From: Camelus ferus
Taxonomy: Eukaryota
DNA length: 64,000 nucleotides
Direction of reading: 5' to 3'
NCBI RefSeq assembly: GCF_009834535.1
Contig: NC_045696.1
Location: 118,050,001 to 118,114,000 of the forward strand
The position numbers and the translations under genes were made by a program. The notes under the pieces were generated by a model that did no database searches, was not told where the DNA came from, and saw only the letters and a program-made list of their open reading frames with translations. This document shows, piece after piece, positions 1-13,000 of the stretch; position 1 is the stretch's first letter, and every line of letters starts with the position of its first letter.

Positions 1-394
1 TATATTCACTGTGACTCTTGCAGCAAACCATGTTTTCATCTTTATATCAGCTTCCAGGGAACTCAGAGACAAGTTTATAACACCCTTTTAGCAACTACAT
101 AGAACCTAAAGACGTAAGTATTTGTGTCGTAACCCAGTCTTGATCAGAATTCCATTCCCACTTTTACTCTTGACCTAATTTCCCAATCTCTGTATGTTTT
201 TATCTTGTATTATTAATATCTTTAGAGGTGTCCTCAGAATCTTTTCAAAACAAATATATATATATATATGCAAAAATAAATATTTTTATCTTTTTAAAGT
301 TGTTCTCAGATTCATTTTGTAACAAAGCATAAATTAAGTGATCATATCTTCCCTGACAAGGCTATGAATTACTCAAACCTAAAGGATCCATTTA

Positions 395-665
395 CCTGAC
401 GAGCAAAAATTCAAAAGTTTGATAACACTCTCTGTTGGTAAGGCTGAGGAAAAACAGGCAATTTGCTAATAGTGAAATCACAGATCCATTAAACTATTGA
501 CCCAGCATTTTCCCATCCAGGTATTTACCCTACAGATGTACTGGTGCCCAGATGAAATGACCTGTGTACGAAGTTACTCACTTCAGCTTTATTTCTGACA
601 AGAAGAAATTGGAAACAAAATAAATATCCATCAATAAATGGCTTGGTAAATAAATTATTTATTTC
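395..665 (+). mobile_element. Old L1 (L1M-type) ORF2 3' fragment
   Basis: Degenerate L1 C-terminal phrases such as 'tgttggtaaggctgagg', 'ggtatttaccctacag' and 'aaatatccatcaata'. Confidence 0.65.
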
Positions 666-1053
666 ACTTCTCAAACATTTTTACAAATCTTTGAACTTTT
701 CATCGTCTGTGGAGACTCAGCCTATGATGTCTGGTGATTGAACTGGTTCCATCAGAACCAGTAAGCACCAGTCTTCACCCTACTCTACCACAATGCCTTA
801 TCCTGCCAGGCCAGTTTTCTGCTGGTCATTGAGGGTAAGTGAATTGCAGGTACACGAATATATGCACTGTTTTCATTTATTCATTCAGTTTCATATATTG
901 CTGGTAGGAATGTAAGTTACACTGTTACGGAAGGCACTGGTGCATGAGACCCCAATGTAGAACCTTACAAAGACGGTTGGACTGCTCATATTAGGCCAGA
1001 CACTCATCTTTCATCCAATATGTCTGAGCATTTTACAGACAGCAATCAAAAAT

Positions 1054-1250
1054 GTATATAAAAATAGAGATTTTTAAAAAAATTTCTTTTGTATAGCGCA
1101 GGGAACTATGTCCAATATCTTGGAATAATTTTTAATGGAAAAAATATGAAAACAAATATATGTATGTATATGCATGACTGGGACATTGTGCTGTACACCA
1201 GTGAGTGACACATTATAATTGACTGTATTTCAATTAAAATAAATAAATAA
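1054..1250 (+). mobile_element. 5'-truncated L1 3'UTR tail
   Basis: 'gcagggaactatgtccaatatc...gggacattgtgctgtacacca...caattaaaataaataaataaa'; a near-identical tail occurs at 48371-48521. Confidence 0.8.
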
Positions 1251-1339
1251 AATTAGTTCATAATTCCAAAAAATAATCATAATAATGCCCTCCCCCCACA
1301 ACTTTACACCCTGTGATAAACCAAAAACAATAGGTTCAT

Positions 1340-1872
1340 TTTATTGGTTTTCTCTGGCTGCAGAACAAATTGACCCCTAAACTTAGCAGCTTAAAACAAT
1401 GAACATTAATTATCTCACATAGTTTCTTGGGTCAGAGATCCAGGAGGGGCTTAGCAAGTGGTTCTGCATCCGGGTCTCTCATGAGGTTGCAGTTAACATT
1501 GTCTAGGGCAGCAATCATCTGAAGGCTTAACTGGGGCAGGAGGATCTGCCTTCAAGGTGGCTCACTCATGCCCAGCGAGTACTGCTGGTAGGAGCTCTCA
1601 GTTTCTCACCACATGGACCTCCCGTAGGGGCTGCTGGAGTGTCCCCACGACACAACAGCTGGCCTGCCCCAGAGAGTGATCCAAGAACAAGCAAGGTGGA
1701 AGCTGTAATGTGTTTAATGACCTAATCTTGAGAGCTACACACCATCTCTCCTACCACGTCCTGTTCTTTGGAAGCAATTCATTGTCTGGCCCACAATCAA
1801 GTGAAGAAGAATTAGCCTCCACCTTTTGAAGGGATAGTTTCAAAGAATCTGTAGACATATTTTTAAACCATC
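1340..1872 (-). mobile_element. MaLR LTR (MLT1-type)
   Basis: 'aaacttagcagcttaaaacaa...tctctcatgaggttgcagt...tttgaagggata...attttaaacca' matches the reverse complement of MLT1. Confidence 0.75.
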
Positions 1873-3244
1873 ATGATCATCTTGCATGCTTCTAGTTCCC
1901 CAAATAAAAAGTCCTTGGGTATTTCCTGTAAACCTTTAGTTCTCCAATAAAAACAATTTTATCCCAACTTCGGCTAAGCTGATATCTGAAGATGTATCAT
2001 GACCTTTGTGGATATGATAATCATGTGAGCAAGTGGCTGTTTTCACTGTGAATAGACTAATGTGTGCTTCATAACTGATAGTTCTGCAGTTTTTCCTTAA
2101 ATACTAGTTATGTTTTTAATAGACCAACCAATCTTTCTGAAGTCTGGCTCCCTTGCACCCTTGGCAAGTGGATTTTTCTCTCTTTTTCTAAATATTTCTG
2201 AGCATTCCTTTAACAATATCTGAGTAGAACTTCCTACCTTATTCTCTAGTTCTTCCATCCAGTCTCATAGAAGAAAGAAGTTACAGAAAAATGGAAAATA
2301 AAATGGCCCAAGCAAGGTCAGAGAGCAGCAGGAGCACACAAAGGGGAATCACCATGTTTCTACTTGCCATCTTAAATTCTGCCCTTGCTAGGAGACACCC
2401 TTTCCCCAGGTAGCTCCTGCCCCTTCAGCCTGCACCCCAGAATGACTGTGCATTGACAGAGCTATCCCAGGAATCTGCAGCCCTGCAGCATGAAGTAGAG
2501 TACTCCAGCTGACACTCAGACTCATGAGTAAAAATAAATACTATTTTGAGCCATCACATTTTGATGTACTAATTTGTTAGGCAGCATAAGCTAGCTGATA
2601 CACCAAGATTTATTTAGATGGTCACTCTCACACCAGTAATCTGTGCCCAGCAAGTGTGACCATGAAAGCAAACTACATCTTCTGCACAAAACCCATGTTT
2701 AAAAGAGAAGGAGGGACTGGTTCTCAGAAGAAGGTTGTGGCAGGGAGTAGGGAGAGTGCTGGGCACACAAACCAAGAGGGGCTCACCAGAGTCTGGAATT
2801 CCCTGCCTCCATCTGTGTTTCCATCCCTCTATTCAATAAACATTCCATCCAATGAATTCTTTCTTTTTTTCCTCCCTCACCTAAAACTCTTCTACAATTT
2901 AACAAAAAAATGTCTTCTGGAGTTGGTGAGATTCAAAAGATGGAGAAAGAGGAAGACTGTGTGATTTCAAGCAAAGGGGTCAGTAGCATGAATGGGAAAG
3001 TGGAACCATGAAGTTGGAGAGGATAGAAACCAAGAGACTAGGGTGAAGCGATGGATAGTATGCAAACACCTGAACTGTGGCGGCACACACATGGCTGGTC
3101 TAGTCTTTCTCACCTTGGCTGTGGCACATGAAAAGAGTTCTTGGAGGAAGAGTGTTGGGGAAGCCATTGAAAACGGTGCCAGGAAAAAGCCAGGGAACTG
3201 AGGAGCATGAAATAGCAACTATCAAAAGGCATTTTCCCTTGTTC

Positions 3245-3383
3245 TTTTTTTTAAAAGATATCTGGGGGTGGGGGAAGGTAATTAGGTTTACTTATTTTTT
3301 TTTTTAATAGAAGTACTGGGGATTGAACCCAGGATCTCATGCATGCTAAGCATACACTTTACCACTGAGCTATACCTTCCCCC
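3245..3383 (-). mobile_element. tRNA-derived SINE (camelid vic-1-like)
   Basis: Minus strand reads ggggaaggTATAGCTCAGTGG (A box)...GGTTCAATCCC (B box) plus an A-rich tail; flanked by ttttcc(c)ttgttc direct repeats. Confidence 0.85.
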
Positions 3384-3776
3384 TTTTCCTTGTTCCTAAA
3401 AAGCACATGTCTGTCATCATTCCTTCCTTCCTGCTCCACACGTCACCACCAACAGAAGGACATGTAAGTTACAAGATGAATATTTGGAACCTACATTACT
3501 GCTATCCCTCCATTATTACAGTGGCTTGTTCTTTAAACCAGAACTTTCCTGTAACATATCCCTGATCATTTGGGGCTTTGATTCCTCTATTTGAAGTGTG
3601 CCACATGTCCTGTCAAAATAACTTCCTATAGCTGCCTAACAACTGTGGGTGGCCTGTGATCACCTTATCAAAGTGTCTTTTACACCCAGAGCTGGTTGCC
3701 AGATTCCACATTACTTACTTCCCAGCTCCCCCTCCTCACAACTTATGCTCCAAATATCATCCCCTTCCTTTCCTCG

Positions 3777-3805
3777 TTTTTTTTTTCTTTCTTTCTTCTT
3801 CCTCT

Positions 3806-3839
<34 letters not shown>
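3777..3839. repeat. Polypyrimidine/poly(T) tract
   Basis: T/C-only run ending in about 30 T. Confidence 0.9.
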
Positions 3840-3843
<4 letters not shown>

Positions 3844-4899
3844 GCAGTTGCTGAGGCAGAACAGCAATTTGCAGTTATTTACGTGGCTTAAACCCTATTG
3901 TCAACATCCTTATCCTCGATACACAACCATTCCAGAGGTGTGAGCTGAGTTTTTTGGGGGGTGTGTAAACCCTGAGCGGGGGAGGGAGAGGGGCTGAGGT
4001 GAACAGAAGCAAGGCTTCCTGGGGTCCTCAGCCAAAGCACACATTATTGCTGAGCTGCTTTTTCTCCTTTTTGCCTCTATTTGGGGCGGATTTTCATTTG
4101 GAATTAAAAACAGATCACAGCTTGCTGTTTGTTTGCTATTGTCAGGTCAGACCAAGCACTCAGGGAGAGGGTGGTATCGCTGTGTGCATAGAATTTTCTT
4201 GGCAATTTAATAGGGATGATGGAATTTGTCTGCATTTCCACAGCTTCTTTTCTCCCAGGATCTCGAAGGCCTCCCAAACTAGAACTTAATCCTCCCCAAA
4301 GTCAGGTGTGGATGGGACATTGTCTGCCGTCTCCCTCAAGCCCATTTTAGAGGGTATAGTTCAGGTGAGGAAGCAAACAGGAGGAGGGAGGGGAAGGCTG
4401 ACACTTCCTTAGAGAACCACACATGTAGCCTTTGTGTGACTTACAAAAGAAAGTATCCCCTCCGGGTGGACATCTTTCAAAAAGGCATCATTCTGTCTAC
4501 ACTGACACAGTCCCGTGCCAGGGCACACAGTTTGTTAAGTGGAATACGAACTGGATTTAGGCACCTCGTCCCTTCAGCCAGGCATTTCTGTACGTGGTAC
4601 AACTGTACAGGTCGGCCCTGAGTCCTTACACCCAATGAAGTGAACTAGGGTTTAGTATTTAGGGTCAGAATTTTGTCCAAGAGATTTATTACATCGCCAT
4701 TACCCTGTTGACCAATTGAAGAGACTATCAGTGCCTTAACGTCTAAGTCAACAATTACTGTTCAGAGACCTCAGAGTCTTTGCAAGCATTATCTCATCTA
4801 TCCAATAAATATTTATTAAGCACTTAATGTACAAAGTGCAAGCCCCCTCCAGGAGCCTAAAGCCCTTTGGGAGGACCACAGACAATAAATAACTGTAGC

Positions 4900-5412
4900 T
4901 GTGGTAGGCAGCTTCTGACATGGTCCCCAGGGATCCTTACCTCCTGGTGTTAACACTCTCCTGTGAGCGCCTCCCTTAGAAAGTGGCCCATATCCATGAC
5001 TGAAGAATTCTAGCACCTTCTAAAGAATAGTGTATATAGCAAAAGTGATGGCCTATCGCTTCTGTGATAAGGTTACAAAAGGCTGACTTCCATCTTGCCA
5101 GCACTCTCTGACTTGCTCACTCTGATTCAGCAATCCACCATATTGTCAGATGCTCTATGGGGAGACCCACAGGGCAAAGACCCAAGGCCTCCAGCCAACA
5201 GCCTCAGTCCAACAACCCAGGAGGAACTGAGTTCTGCCAACAACCACACCAGTGAGTGGGGAAGTGGACCCTTCCCAGTCAAGCCTTGATCTAAATACTA
5301 CCTTGTGAGAGATCCCTGAGCGAAAGGACCCAGATACCTCACCCACAAAAACAGAAATAATACATGTATGTTACTTTAAGTCACTGTATTTTGGGGTAAT
5401 TTGTTACGCAGC
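4900..5412 (+). mobile_element. MaLR LTR (MLT1E/F-like)
   Basis: Starts 'tgtggtaggcagcttctg', contains 'gaggaactgagttctgccaacaaccac', ends 'ggggtaatttgttacgcagca'. Confidence 0.75.
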
Positions 5413-5414
5413 AC

Positions 5415-5832
5415 AAGGGTGTCAGGTAGGGCTGCTGTCATCTCCAGGTTCTGCTTCCTTGAGGGGGAAAGGATCCTCTCCCACATCTACTCAGAAGGTT
5501 GGTGGCAGAATTCAGTTTTTAAAGGCTGTTGGACTGAGGGCCTGCGTTCCTTGCTGGCTGTTGGCCGGAGGCCACCTTTGGTTCTTCACCATACTAGTCT
5601 CTAGGCTAGCTTACAACATGGCGGTCATCTTCCATCAAAGTGACCGAGCGAGAGAGCAAAAGAGGGCAACAAGACAGAAGCTTTTTGTAACTTAATCTTG
5701 GAAGTAACATCCTGTCACACTTGCCATTTTCTATTGGTTAGAAGCCCACACTCAAGGGGAGGAGATGACACAAAGACATGAGCTCCAGAAGGTGGAGCTC
5801 ACAGGAGGCCATCTTGGAAGCAACCCACCACA
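5415..5832 (-). mobile_element. MaLR LTR fragment (MLT1)
   Basis: 'ggttggtggcagaattcagtt', 'cccacactcaaggggaggag', 'gaggccatcttgga'. Confidence 0.65.
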
Positions 5833-6829
5833 TCTTCTGAATTGTTTCCTCACCCCATCCCTTGCCCAGGCCCTCACGACACCTTGAGACTCCTCTGCCC
5901 TGCCTTCTCTCTAGCCTCCCATCCCCAGTTAATTTGTACACAGCCTTTGCAACTCATTTAAACTCTGGCAAAGCCTTTTAAGGAGCCTACTTACCTTCTT
6001 TCTACTCTCCCAGCTTGTACCCAGAAAACCGATGACTATTTCCAAGATATCACATTGTATTGTGTCATTTTCCTATTCAAAAATGCCCACTGGCTCCCAA
6101 ATTCCTCTTCTATCAGTAAAGACTTCTCCCAGTCTAACCCAGTGTATCTTTCCAGTAATACTCTTCTTCCCACTCCCCTCCAACCAAACAGGTATACTCA
6201 TTGTCCCAAGATCATGACTAATTGATCTCTGTTTCCATGGCTTTGCAAGCTGTTCCCCTACCTTAAATGTTCTCCCTCTTCTCTCCATCTATCAGAATTC
6301 TCCCCCAAATTTCATAGCTAAGCTCAAGTCCTATCTCCTTTCTGGAGCTTTAAAACATATGATAGAGTATCCTAGACATAGCTGGTCAAGTAATCTCTGT
6401 GTTGGTGTAGTTTGGATAATTCTATGTCCAAATGGCCTCTTCCTCCTCCAGATCTTGAACTACCCCTCGCTTGCTGACACTCTGGTATGACTCAGACTTC
6501 TGTTAGTTTGCAGTCCCAGTAGAAAAATAATAAGCTATCAATATCTGCATATTCACTGAATATGTGAAACAAGTTTGGTGAGAGTAGAATCTACCATCAA
6601 CCCTGACCACAGTCACCATATGTTCTAGAGCTGACCTATCAACTTCCTAGGTTTCTGTTAGTTATTATCCTGTTTTCAGTGATTCAACATTATTGGCCCA
6701 AAGAACGTCCTGCAAATTACATTCATAAGCATGAAATTCTTAGAATTCTCAGACTCTTTTTCTTAGCTTAATGTATAATGCAGTGAAACATTCTAAGAGA
6801 CAACAAAAGCTAATAATTAGTGCCATCTA

Positions 6830-7015
6830 CTAAACACCCTAGGTTACGTTGTTCTATGTAGCCATCACAACAACCCATTTTACAGCAGAGAAGATGGAGA
6901 CCCAAAGAGGTTAAGTAATTTGCCAGAAGTAAGTTACTTTTGGTGACCAGTGAGACCAAGATTCCAACACCGATCTGTCTGATTCCAAGTCCCGTGTGAC
7001 TCCCTCTTTCAGACA
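6830..7015 (-). mobile_element. MIR SINE
   Basis: MIR core 'cccattttacagcagagaagatggagacccaaagaggttaagtaatttgcc'. Confidence 0.75.
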
Positions 7016-8003
7016 TCACAACTGGGAGACGTGGGCTCATGCCCGAGCAGGAGGCATCATATTTATTTTGCATGGTTATCGCTGGATGGAAGGCAGCCTA
7101 TATCGCGCTCCCTGAACTGATTTTATCACCTTTTAGCAGCTGTGTCAATCCAATCTGTGCCTGTAGGAAAATCATGTTTCTCTACATCTCCAAATGAAAC
7201 AAAGTGCAGACCAACCTACCTATCAAGAAAATTTTATTGTAAAGAGAGGGTTAGATGGTAGAACTTGATGGAATCATCCCAATCGACACCAGGCCTTCTA
7301 ATGTCATATCCTTACTAGTCTTGGGGAAATCCTTCAAACAGTTTTTTTTCCCAGGTATAAGATGCCTTCTGACTGTGAAAGAGCTTTTCTGGAGAAATAG
7401 CAGCATGATATATTTAAAAAACACAAACCCAAACTTGTTTCCTGGAAATGTAAGGGGATATAAGGGACCACTTCATCTCAAAATCAGCAAATTTGCCCCA
7501 AAGTTATCTCAGGTAGCTGCTTGAATGATACTCTTTCTTGGGCTCTCTAGAACCATCCATTCAAAGAATTTCCATGACAGTGTCTAATTCATGTAATAAG
7601 TTGACATTAGCCAAGCCCAACCATCTGGAAAAGCTGATGGTGCAGAAGGAGTCAAGGGGATGCTGAAACTGAATTGATCAGGGTCTGGGAAGGCTGAGCC
7701 TGGGAACCATGAGTGTGGCCTGTGGACAGAGGGGGGCAGCAGAGAGCTGCTGGAGAGGTAAGCTCCTCAGGGAGCTTCCAAGGGGGCAGGTGGTTCTGGT
7801 CACCATGGAGACACTGGTTGGAAAGCCCTGCCCCAGGGTCAGTAGCCCAGCTGAAGAATTAGTCCTGTTGAGATCCCTGGCTGGGATTCACAAAGAGAAC
7901 CCTCCATTTTCCACACCAGGACCAGAGATCATTATAAACTTGCCTCTGATCACGTCATTCTCTTGCTAAAAAGGCATCTTAATCAATTTCCCCATTGCTT
8001 AAA

Positions 8004-8200
8004 ACACGAATTCTCAAGCTTTAGCAGGCAGCAACATGACTTGGGGGACTTGGCATAACACAGATCACTGGACCCACTCTCAGGATTTCTGATGGGTTAG
8101 GTCTAGGGCTTGGGACCTGAGAATCTGCATCTCTGACAAGGTCCCAGGTGATGTTGCTGGTCCCTGCTGGTCCAAGGACCACACCTGTGAAGCACTAGCT
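8004..8200 (+). mobile_element. MER5A (hAT-Charlie MITE)
   Basis: 'ttctcaagcttt...gagaatctgcatctctgacaaggtcccaggtgatgttgctg...ggaccacac'. Confidence 0.75.
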
Positions 8201-8329
8201 TAGAACATGCCTGAGCTGCCATCCTGCTCCTGTCCAGCTTCTCTTCTAACCACTCACTTCCACCAGCATCCCCTACACCCTCTTTCTCTCTACTCCACCC
8301 AGGAGCCTCCTTCAGCTCCGCGTTTTCCC

Positions 8330-10390
8330 ACACCTCGTGGCCTGGTCACATGTGCCCTCTGCTGATACACTCTCCCTCCGATCTCTTGCCTTGGTTGATG
8401 CTGCCTTACCTGTAGGTCTCAAGTTAGATGCCTCACTCTTACAAGCCCCCATGTCCTGTGCATCACTACCTACACCATGTTGTGAATAACTTTGCATGTG
8501 TTTGTGCCCAACTGGTCTATCAGCCTTGAGAGAGCAGGGCCTCACCAGCACACCTACCCTGATCGGTTCGCCATCTCTCATCCTGATTCTCACAATGACC
8601 CTGCTACATTTCTCTGATAGTCTCCTTTTTCTGCTCTCACTGACTATTTCAAACCATCTTCACTTTCTCAGATCACTAGCCTTCACACGTCCTCTGTCCT
8701 GCTCAACAGATGGCCTCGCCTCTTCCCTCACCAAGAAAACAGAAGCCACTGAACAAACCTCTCACCTTCCCACCACCAAACCGACAAACCCAGCAGCATC
8801 TGCACTCTACGCATCCCCCGACCTCCTGTTACAACCAAGGAGCTGCCTGTACTTTCTACATCTGTCTAAAGCCAGACCCTCCATCTATGTGGTACTTTCC
8901 CCCTCCCACTTCCTCCAAAACCCCCACTATCAATACACCCTCTTCCAGTATGTTCAACCTCTTCCTCTCTTCTGATTTCCTCCACGCCATTTTCAGAACA
9001 TGGTTAACTCCTCTCTAAATAATTAATCTCCTTAGGCTCCATGTCATCCTGAAGGCACCATCTTACTTCTGTTTGCTCCTGCCCCACCAAATAGGTCCAA
9101 CTTCATGATTTCCACTTCCCTGTCTCCCGTTCACCCCGAGGCCATTTTCCCGCAAAAACGGTTCTCACTGAGGTCGTTAAGTACTTTTCTTTAGCTGAAT
9201 CCAGGAAACTTCTAGTTCCCATCATACTTGGCCAAGTTGATTCCCTCTTCCCTTAGCTCCCCTGACACCCCAGCCAGGTCTTCTACCCACTGGGCCGTTC
9301 CTCCTTTGAGGCCTGGTCCTACTCCGCCTCATTTGTAAATGCTGGTTATCGTGTTGAGCTCAATCCTAGAAACTCTTGTCTCGAGTCTGCCTGGATAACC
9401 CCATCTGCTGTCATCAGTTCAGTTGCTGCGCACATACCAACCACCCCCTTTACTGGCGAGGTCACCAGCTCCCTGACATCCAGGTTCATAAGACCAACTG
9501 TCCACTGTGTGCATTTTCTTTGTTGTTTTGTAGGTCCTCATACTCACCTGAACTTATCTCTTCCCCCAAACATGCTCCTTCTAGGTGCTTCTTATTGAAG
9601 GAAACAGCCCCAGGGCACATGTCCCCAGCACCTCCCTCGGCCTCCTACTCTCTCTGCTCACCAATCCACAATTCCTCAATTCCACCAGCCTCTCTCCACT
9701 TCCTCCACCACCATGGCCAAAACCACCCTCCTTCCTCTCCCAGACTGCAGCTACAGACACCGGTCTCCTTGGAACATCTCTGGCCCCTTGCAATCCATTT
9801 CTCCCACTTTGCTGGAGCAATATTTCTAAAAACAAATGTCGTCTCTTTGTTTAAAGCCCACAGTGAGTGTCCGTCCCTGGCCAGATAATTCAGTCTTGTT
9901 CTGCCCCCATACCCTAACCACACTGGTGTTCTTTCAGCTCCTCCAAAGCACCAAGCCCCTGCTGACCTCAAGTCTTGACATTCTGTTCTCTCCCTGGATT
10001 GCTGGTCCTCACACCCGCCTTTGCCTGGCAAACTCCCGCTCATCCTTTAAGGCTCAGCTTCAGATGCTCCGAGAGAAGTTTCCCTGACCCTCCACCTCCA
10101 CCCACTACTCCCTTTGCTGGTACGCTCTCCCTCCATCTCTTCACCTGGCTGAGTTGAGTTTACCAGTTAAACACTCTCACAGCATGCTGTGTTTTCCCTC
10201 ATAGCACTCAGCACAATTGCAGTCAATCAATTGTGAAATTATTTCTGAATGCCTCTCCCTTCCTCTCAGTATCACACAGTCAAGGATCAAATCTTTCATA
10301 ATCTCTCCCATATCTCCACTTCCTTTTACACAGTGCCTGGCTTGTACTGAGCCGACAACACACCTTTGTTGAAGAAACAATGGATGATTA
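8330..10390 (+). mobile_element. Fragmented L2 LINE remnants
   Basis: C/T-rich degenerate L2 text ending with 'cacagtgcctggc...tttgttgaagaaacaatggatga'; the ORFs here are not credible proteins. Confidence 0.6.
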
Positions 10391-10559
10391 GAGAAAAATA
10401 TGCCCTAATTTGAGATTCAACACCTCCTGGACTGGTTGGTTTGCTGATTCTCCACATTTTGCAATGCCCTTTATATTCTCCAGATAATAAATAATAGCTC
10501 AGACTTCTTCAGAGAGTTCTGTTTGTCTGTTGCTGTCCTAAGTGTAATACACTCTCACA

Positions 10560-10720
10560 AAATTCCTGTGAGCTAAATACCATTATTGTTTTCATTCTAC
10601 AGCAAAAGAAACTGAGGCACAGAGAGGTTGAGAATCTTGCCCAAGGAAACAGAGTTAATAAGCGATAAGCTGAGATATAAATCAAGACAGTCTGGACTAC
10701 ATCCTGTGTTTTTAAACGTG
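10560..10720 (-). mobile_element. MIR SINE
   Basis: 'cattctacagcaaaagaaactgaggcacagagaggttgagaatcttgcccaagg'. Confidence 0.75.
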
Positions 10721-10842
10721 ATGACAGACTGTCTCTCAAAATCTTCTTGGTATGTACAAGGAAGTCCTTGGTTGAGTGTTGGGACTTGTGCATGAATAAG
10801 GCTGCTCTTATTGAGAAAGGAAGACAAAAGCATTTGATACAT

Positions 10843-11083
10843 CAGTGGTTCTCAAAATTTAATGTGCACATTTGCCACAACATTTTAAAATGACTATTAC
10901 TCAATAAAAAAAATGTTTAAATATTTTAATGTGCATTACAATCACCTGGAGGGATTGCTCCATCTCTCTAGGTGCCCTAGGTCTAGTACCTACTGAAGGG
11001 TGGAGCCCAGGAATCTGCATTTCTAACAAGTTCCCAGGTGATGCTGATGTACTTGGTCCAGGAGCACACTCTGAGGACCACTG
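10843..11083 (+). mobile_element. MER5A interrupted by a ~50-bp L1 tail
   Basis: Terminal inverted ends 'cagtggttctcaaa'...'ctgaggaccactg'; internal insert at 10869-10920 flanked by tttaatgtgca direct repeats. Confidence 0.8.
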
Positions 11084-11899
11084 AGCACACAAAGGATGTT
11101 CACAAGATTTTTCACTCTTTCAAAATGCTTAGTACCCTTTCCCCTGCAATCTGCAGGGAAAGAAGAAAGGAATGAAGGGAGGAAAGAAAGAAAAGGAGGC
11201 TGTTTGAGAGAGAAAATTTTAAATGCAAACACAATAGAACAGGGGTAAGTGGTGTCTCAGGTTTCTCATCCACTAGATCCTCTTCACCTCTTTCCTCCAG
11301 CCTCACCGCGCAGGCTGTGGTATGCACTTCCTTTTGAAGAAATGAAAGTATTTGCCTCTAACGGGATGAGTGTGCTCACTAGCTTATCTTGTTTATTCTC
11401 ACTGAAATGCCTCAAGATCAGTTATTACCCCCGTATTAGAGAGAAAGATACTGAGACTCCAAGAAATTAAATCCCTGACCTAAGAGCACAAAGAAAAGAA
11501 GAGTCCCAACTCAAATTCAGGCTGGGGTGACTCCAAGTCCCCAGGCTGTCCGTCAGTCGGCACTGTCCTCCATCGTCCGCTCCCCACTTTAGTTCTCCTA
11601 AATGCGTGAAGAACGCAAAGCAGTGTCTCCCACATTCGTACAGAAACTGCCAACTGAAAAACAGATCTATATCCATCTCCCCCCGGCAAAGATACTTTCA
11701 GTGTCTCTTCTTCTGGTTACTTCTTTAAAGTTGATTGCTACCCATCCCAAATCTATGGTGAAAAAACTCAAAATCTTCAATCAGAGAATTATTAGACCCT
11801 CCCTAAGAAGTATACAGCATCCCCAAATACCCAAGGCATGCTTTATCTTTCTTGAACCACCAGATACACCACATTTTTATTGCCCCCACCCCTGGTGTG

Positions 11900-13000
11900 G
11901 TTGAGGAAGCCCTTTTAGAATTCCACTGCAGCGCTGTGAGGCCATACATCCCCCAGGATTAATCACAAATATTTTATAAAGATGAAGTTTCGGTATATCT
12001 TTGTTCTCTGTATCTTGGCTTTTGTTAGCGCATTTTAATTAGGATCTGGTATCTGCAATAAACAGTAAACATAAAGAGCTTTGCAAAAATGTATTAGACT
12101 GTTTGTTTTCACACTCTAATGCATATTTGCACAATTTTACCATGAAAAAAGGAAAACACGCTAAGCTCTTGGGCTCTGTCCCAAATGTCCTGGAATAGAA
12201 TCCGGAAATTACTAAAAATGCAACCAAACCTCATCATATTCCAGCAATTAACCTAAGAAACGAGGGTCCATTCTCTGTGTGAAGAAAAACATTTTTGAGG
12301 GGAGAAATCTATAGAGGCGAATGCTTCTGGATAACACGTGTATCACATTCTCCAAACCTGTTTTGAAATTTGGACTATTTCCCTTTCATGCTGAAAGGGC
12401 TTACTAAGTGAATTACGTTGAATAATGTTTTATTTTTCTCTTTCAGATTGTTAAGAAAGTCTCTTCCACTAAACGAAGACAGGAAGGATTGCTCAGCATA
12501 AAACGAGGGACAGAATAATCACACGTGGTCTCATTTTTTAAAGTTGCTGCGGATTAATCATTTTCCTGCTAAATACTTATCCACTTGAATGAGTTATTAT
12601 TAAAACAGTAGAATCACGGCAAATGCTGATGACAAATGGCAGTTCGGGGGCTTTATCTGAACATGGTCTAATCAAAAAGTAGCAAAAACTTTAAAAATCT
12701 CCAAATGTGGCTCTTGTGTACAATTGTTATTGATAGGACACCTTGATAGTGTTCAAATGTGGAGCGAAAAAATCACAAAGTGAGCAATTCAGGCGCAATA
12801 AAGTGATTTTCCTTCTGTATTAATCCCTTAACATGTTTCCAAATAAAACACAGGATTAAGTCATTTATTTTGTCGCATGATTTATTTATGGATTGAATAC
12901 AGTAAACAACAGATAAAAGGCATAGGCCCAGGTGCCAATTTAAAATATAAAAATCATTACAGTTTATTAGAGGGAGATATAAAAATGCCAATGTGAACTG
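11900..13000. promoter_or_regulatory. Candidate conserved non-coding element/enhancer
   Basis: No repeat recognised; GGATTA/TAATCC at 11956, 12551, 12821 and 12853, plus TGATTTAT near 12878. Confidence 0.35.

Noticed and set aside
3649..3943. ORFs with poly-Phe runs
   Set aside because: Artefact of the poly(T) tract.
8496..10087. Long ORFs of 130-170 aa as protein-coding genes
   Set aside because: They lie in C/T-rich L2 remnants, have low-complexity S/P/L composition and no recognisable domain.
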